A stretch of DNA of 63,064 nucleotides from an uncultured Planctomycetales bacterium. Lineage in GTDB: Bacteria > Omnitrophota > Gorgyraeia > Zapsychrales > Fredricksoniimonadaceae. The DNA lies in the NCBI GenBank assembly GCA_964487685.1, contig CAZASA010000003.1, forward strand, positions 1-63,064, in the 5' to 3' direction. Each line of letters begins with the position of its first letter. Positions within the stretch are counted from its first letter, which is position 1. Under the pieces are notes generated by a model. It made no database searches, was not told where the DNA came from, and saw only the letters and a list, made by a program, of their open reading frames with translations. This document shows positions 58,715-63,064 of this stretch, in pieces. The translations under genes were made by a program, and so were the position numbers.

Positions 58715-59749
58715 TTAAGCAAACATGTTATAGGGATATATCCCTGATGAATGTCCGTCGCTCCAGGAAATACCGACGGCATAATTCCCTAAAGGTAAGA
58801 TCTCGACCGGATTAATGTCCGCGGGGATCTTTTTAGTATCCACCAGGCGCTGGCCGGTCACCTCCGACACACAAACCGCACATTGGCAGTTGGCACGAAG
58901 GTCAAAGGCCTTGGCGGATATCTCGCGCCCGTCGCTAAAAACTAACACCACGCGGCCGTCACGATAGCCGGCATCTTTTAAATTGGATTGGGAAGATTCC
59001 ATTTTCCCGACAGCCTCTAATAATTCGTCGGCCGCCAGCTGGATATACTTATTGGCCTGATAGGAACGCATATCGCCGGAGAGTTGTTCCATGACAGGGA
59101 TCTCGACTAAGGTCTTGACCCCAAATCGCTTGGATAAAGCCCCTGCTTTTTGTTCCCCAAAAATATAATATTTTTTGCCCGTATCCGGCGCTGTAAAATA
59201 AGCCATGTTCTCGATAACACCCAGGATCGGCACCTTGACCTTTTCAAACATCAATATCCCGCGGGCCGTATCAACCAAAGAAAGGCTGTGATGGGTAGTG
59301 ACGATCACCGCCCCGGTCAATTTGATCGACTGGGTGATGGTCAGCTGAACGTCCCCGGTCCCGGGCGGCATGTCGACGATCAGAAAGTCCAATTCACCCC
59401 AATCTGTCTGGAACAATAATTGCTGGATATAACGTGTGACAATGGGACCGCGCATTACCGCCGGGGCGTCACCCAATAAAAACCCAAAGGACATGACTTT
59501 AAGTCCCTTATAATCAACAGGCGAAATCATCTTGAATTCATTGGTCAAAACCTGCGCATCCTGCAGCTGGAAAAGCGAAGGCAAGGACGGTCCATAAATA
59601 TCCGCGTCCAACAAACCGGTCTTAAGACCGCGCTGGGCAAATTCCAAGGCCAGCGCACAGGCACAAGTTGATTTGCCCACACCGCCTTTGCAAGAGGAGA
59701 TAGCGATCACATGTTTGACTTTTGATAATGAAAAAGGATTGGTGCTCAT
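58715..59749 (-). CDS. Mrp/ApbC Fe-S carrier ATPase with a C-terminal DUF971-like domain
   Basis: SCKGGVGKS, DADIYGPS, DMPPGTGD, ENMAY; tail LRANCQCAVC...GNYAVGISWSDGHSSGIY. Confidence 0.88.
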   Translation of the reverse strand: MSTNPFSLSKVKHVIAISSCKGGVGKSTCACALALEFAQRGLKTGLLDADIYGPSLPSLFQLQDAQVLTNEFKMISPVDYKGLKVMSFGFLLGDAPAVMRGPIVTRYIQQLLFQTDWGELDFLIVDMPPGTGDVQLTITQSIKLTGAVIVTTHHSLSLVDTARGILMFEKVKVPILGVIENMAYFTAPDTGKKYYIFGEQKAGALSKRFGVKTLVEIPVMEQLSGDMRSYQANKYIQLAADELLEAVGKMESSQSNLKDAGYRDGRVVLVFSDGREISAKAFDLRANCQCAVCVSEVTGQRLVDTKKIPADINPVEILPLGNYAVGISWSDGHSSGIYPYNMFA

Positions 59750-59753
59750 TAAT

Positions 59754-59804
59754 AGATCCTTCGCCTGTTGGCTCAGGATGACGCCAACATTTCGTTGGCG
59801 TCAT
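59754..59804. repeat. CGTC-type REP (GTCATCCTGAG subfamily, - strand) plus an 11-bp hairpin
   Basis: Reverse complement CGTCATCCTGAGCCAACAGGCGAAGGATCT; ATGACGCCAAC-N5-GTTGGCGTCAT contains the sucD stop. Confidence 0.8.
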
Positions 59805-60670
59805 TTTAATCGGGCAGCTAAAGCTTGAGGGATCTCATCGGGGAAATCTACGACAATAACACCCGCGTCGCGCAGCATCTGCATTTTAGCCTCAGCCGTG
59901 GAATCCCCTGAAGAAATAATGGCCCCGGCATGCCCCATACGCTTTCCGGCAGGGGCGGTACGTCCGGCAATGAACGCCACGACGGGTTTGGTGACATACC
60001 TTTTGATATATTCCGCGGCCAACTGTTCATCTCCGCCGCCGATCTCGCCTACCATGACAATGGCTTTGGTGCCCGGGTCTTCCTGGAACATCTTAAGGAC
60101 ATCGACAAACCTAGTACCGATGATAGGGTCTCCGCCTAAACCCACACAGGTCGATTGGCCCATATCATTCGCTGTCAAATTGAACACCACTTCATAAGTC
60201 AGGGTGCCTGAGCGGGAAATGACGCCGATATCGCCGGCTTTGTGAATATGGCCCGGCATAATACCGATCTTGGCTTTGCCCGGTGAGATCAAACCCGGAC
60301 AATTAGGCCCGATCAAACGGATCTGGGTATTCCGTAAAGCTTTCTTAACTTCCACCATGTCCAAAACCGGTATCCCTTCAGTAATACAGATGATCAAGGG
60401 AATGCCGTTGGTAATGTCTTCAAGGATGGCATCTTTGGCAAATTTAGCAGGAACATAAATGACAGCGGCATTACAACCGGTCTTGTCCTTGGCTTCTTTG
60501 ACAGAATTAAAGACCGGTATGCCGTTGACCTCTTGCCCGCCTTTGCCCGGCGTCACACCGCCGACAACCTGGGTGCCGTAATCGAGCATCTGTTTGGCAT
60601 GGAAAGACCCGTCGCGGCCGGTAATGCCCTGGACAATGACCTTGGTATTTTGATCGATCAAGATAGACAT
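59801..60670 (-). CDS. sucD: Succinyl-CoA synthetase alpha subunit
   Basis: [33 protein letters not shown]; start re-called at MSILID. Confidence 0.96.
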   Translation of the reverse strand: MSILIDQNTKVIVQGITGRDGSFHAKQMLDYGTQVVGGVTPGKGGQEVNGIPVFNSVKEAKDKTGCNAAVIYVPAKFAKDAILEDITNGIPLIICITEGIPVLDMVEVKKALRNTQIRLIGPNCPGLISPGKAKIGIMPGHIHKAGDIGVISRSGTLTYEVVFNLTANDMGQSTCVGLGGDPIIGTRFVDVLKMFQEDPGTKAIVMVGEIGGGDEQLAAEYIKRYVTKPVVAFIAGRTAPAGKRMGHAGAIISSGDSTAEAKMQMLRDAGVIVVDFPDEIPQALAARLK

Positions 60671-60680
60671 AATTCCCTTT

Positions 60681-60765
60681 GTCATTCCCGCGAAAGCGGG
60701 AATCCAATATTAAAATGGATCCCCGATTAAAACATTCGGGGATGACCCCGCCTTGGCGGAGTCAT
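60681..60765. repeat. Inverted REP doublet plus hairpin
   Basis: REP 60681-60706; opposite-strand GTCATCCCCGAATGTTTTAATCGGGGATCCA 60716-60746; ATGAC-CCCGCCTTGGCGGA-GTCAT to 60765. Confidence 0.88.
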
Positions 60766-61892
60766 TTAGACGCCTTTACTGCTTCGGTTACCGCCTGGCG
60801 CATGGACTTATAGGTCGTTAAGCCTGCGGCTGTTAAAAGGGCTTTGGCTTCATTTTCATTGGTCCCGGTCAAACGGATGACCAAAGGGACCGGGATCTCA
60901 ATTTGTTTTAACGCGGTCAATATCCCGTTGGCAATATCATCGCACCGGGTAATGCCGCCGAAAATATTGATCAAAATGACCTTGATACTTTTATTGCGTA
61001 AAATGATCTTTAGAGCATCCAGCACTTTCTGGGGATTGGAAGAACCTCCCACATCCAGAAAATTAGCGGCCTTGCCGCCTAATAGATTGACCTCGTCCAT
61101 GGTGCCCATGGCCAGACCCGCGCCATTGACGATACAGCCGACATTGCCGTCTAATTTCACAAAACTCAGGCCCTTTTCCTTGGCTTCCATTTCATCAGCG
61201 TCTTCATATTTCATGTCCCGCAACGCATTGAATTCAGGATGGCGGTACAGGCTATTGTCATCAATGACGACCTTGGCATCCGCGGCGATCAGGTTTCCTT
61301 TGTCATCGATGACAAAGGGATTGATCTCCGCCAGGGAGCAGTCTTTTTCAAAAAATAATTTAAGTAATTTTTGCAAGATGGATGTAGCACTTTTCTGGAG
61401 CCGCATGTCCCCGAAAAGCTGTACGGCAAAAGGCGCCCAGCGTGTCTCATCAAGGGTTTGGGCCCCTTGCATATAAAATTTTATGATCTTGTCCGGGTGG
61501 ATCTTGGCGGTTTCTTCGATATCAACACCGCCTTCAGCAGAGGCGATAATGACAACATCGCCTTTGCTATTATCAATGGCCGCGGCCAGATAATATTCTT
61601 TCTTGATATCAATGGCCCGGGCGACCAGGAGACGCTCCACCGTATAGCCTTTGATGTTTAAATTTTTGATGCGGTCAAATTCGGTCTTAAGCTCAACTTC
61701 GTTGGCAACAACCTTGACCCCGCCGGCTTTGCCGCGTCCGCCCACCAGGACCTGGGCTTTGATAACAACGGGAAACCCTGTTTTGCGGGCAATGGCAAGT
61801 GCTTCATCCGCACTTTGGGCTGTCGCACCTTCTGAAATAGGGATGCCGTATTCGGCAAATAAGTTTCTGGCTTGGTATTCGTGGATTTTCAT
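60762..61892 (-). CDS. sucC: Succinyl-CoA synthetase beta subunit
   Basis: MKIHEYQA, KAQVLVGGRGKAGG, NGAGLAM, NFLDVGG, NIFGGI. Confidence 0.96.
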   Translation of the reverse strand: MKIHEYQARNLFAEYGIPISEGATAQSADEALAIARKTGFPVVIKAQVLVGGRGKAGGVKVVANEVELKTEFDRIKNLNIKGYTVERLLVARAIDIKKEYYLAAAIDNSKGDVVIIASAEGGVDIEETAKIHPDKIIKFYMQGAQTLDETRWAPFAVQLFGDMRLQKSATSILQKLLKLFFEKDCSLAEINPFVIDDKGNLIAADAKVVIDDNSLYRHPEFNALRDMKYEDADEMEAKEKGLSFVKLDGNVGCIVNGAGLAMGTMDEVNLLGGKAANFLDVGGSSNPQKVLDALKIILRNKSIKVILINIFGGITRCDDIANGILTALKQIEIPVPLVIRLTGTNENEAKALLTAAGLTTYKSMRQAVTEAVKASK

Positions 61893-61959
61893 ACGACTGA
61901 TGAATAGTATCACAATTTTCCGCAAATGCGATAAAAAATTGTGATTTCAAATGGACAAA

Positions 61960-62616
61960 TCAAGCCTGGATCTTTTCACCCCGCAAGATCCCTTCCACTT
62001 GTTTGGCATCGATCCTTAATCCCCCATCATGCTCGATATGGATCGTGTATAAATACCCGGGGATAAAAATAGCTCCCGGGGCTTCGATCTGAACACTTTT
62101 GATCCCTGCGTTCTTGGCCTTGGCCTCATCAAAGGCAAAGCGCCAAAAATCCTGCCAAAACTTGTTTTCAAATCCGCCGGCCTTACCCGGGACCTTGTAC
62201 CCGCCCGGTATGGCATTGACCTGGGTAATGGGAAATTCCTGTGTGTGCGGCCCATCCAGCATAAATACTTTCCAAAACAGATAAACGCTCCTGCCTTTAA
62301 ACCGGTCCCCAGCGGCCACAAATTTATCCTCAAAACGCACGACCAGGGATTGGAACTGGATCAAGTTGCCGCTGAAAGTAAAATATTTAGCCGGAAGATC
62401 TTTGCCCGCACTATCCTGTTCAACAAATTTAATGGTGGTCAGATTGCGTTGAAGCTTTTCATCGTAATTAACCGCGGTCACAAGTACTTGGGCGGCCCGT
62501 GACTCTGCCTGAAGACGCTCCAGCATCTGCCGGTAGACATGTTCCTGGTCAAGCCGCCAATAAAGCCAATAGCCGGCAATGCTCAAACAAATAACAATGA
62601 TCAAAAATTTTCTCAT
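61960..62616 (-). CDS. N-terminally anchored hypothetical protein
   Basis: One N-terminal TM, short coiled segment, aromatic-rich beta domain; AGG SD. Confidence 0.75.
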   Translation of the reverse strand: MRKFLIIVICLSIAGYWLYWRLDQEHVYRQMLERLQAESRAAQVLVTAVNYDEKLQRNLTTIKFVEQDSAGKDLPAKYFTFSGNLIQFQSLVVRFEDKFVAAGDRFKGRSVYLFWKVFMLDGPHTQEFPITQVNAIPGGYKVPGKAGGFENKFWQDFWRFAFDEAKAKNAGIKSVQIEAPGAIFIPGYLYTIHIEHDGGLRIDAKQVEGILRGEKIQA

Positions 62617-62695
62617 CCTCTTATCCTACTATCATAGTTGCTGATAATCAATTATTCCCTGGCAATAATCTATTCATTTAGCTATCATTGCATTT

Positions 62696-63064
62696 ATGGA
62701 ATTTATCCATCATTTCGCGGATTTTTTTATTCATCTGGACCGTCACGTAGCCTTGATCAGTGCCCATTATGGCGTCTGGACATATTTGATCCTGTTTATC
62801 ATTATCTTCTGCGAAACCGGCCTGGTTGTCACGCCTTTTTTGCCGGGAGATTCCCTGCTATTTGTATTAGGCGCCATGGCTGCCGTCGGAGACTTACGAT
62901 TGTCTGCCTTGATCCTGCTTTTATCTTTGGCCGCCGTGGGCGGAAATATTCTTAATTACACGATCGGCGTATTCTTGTCAGATAAGGTCACAAACAATCA
63001 CGCCATCCCCTTTGTCAAACAGGCCTATATCAAACGTACGCATGAATTCTTTGAAAAATACGGC
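62696..63064 (+). CDS. dedA: DedA-family membrane protein (partial)
   Basis: Not in the ORF track. My translation: MEFIHHFADFFIHLD...IIFCETGLVVTPFLPGDSLLF. Confidence 0.9.
   Translation, partial: MEFIHHFADFFIHLDRHVALISAHYGVWTYLILFIIIFCETGLVVTPFLPGDSLLFVLGAMAAVGDLRLSALILLLSLAAVGGNILNYTIGVFLSDKVTNNHAIPFVKQAYIKRTHEFFEKYG

Overview
Core-metabolism window from a bacterium; the gene content and style suggest Candidatus Omnitrophota/PVC, but that is inference and unverified. Left part, all minus strand: carA-carB-purF-pyrG(partial); a response regulator; a tightly overlapping operon lnt/Gln-rich protein/glpK/glpD/rlmI-like/rsuA-rluB-like/baiN/ridA/gpx/YkgJ; a structured-RNA candidate; gltBD. Middle: a glycosylation cassette, nadE, a class I GATase, type III glnA, glnK, amtB, a DUF2934 gene, an AsnB/B12-radical SAM/GT2/GT-C cassette and a GAF-GAF-ANTAR regulator. 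Right: a complete 14-subunit complex I split into two convergent blocks (nuoJ-N +, nuoA-I -), DRTGG/BioD-like, SPFH, Mrp-DUF971, sucCD and a partial dedA. I saw no tRNA, rRNA, CRISPR array, integrase or transposase. Best lead: the amtB-glnK leader carries two tandem intrinsic terminators, each overlapped at its 5' arm by a GGGC-AAnG..-GUCC hairpin (one a canonical ANTAR hexaloop), followed by an unannotated 40-aa membrane ORF, with a one-component GAF-GAF-ANTAR gene about 6 kb away. This is a candidate double-attenuator nitrogen circuit. Second lead: intergenic spaces hold at least six small palindromic repeat families. Their loops accept extra modules, including one 33-nt module shared between a REP and the ncRNA candidate, and they supply stop codons or C-terminal tails to core enzymes.
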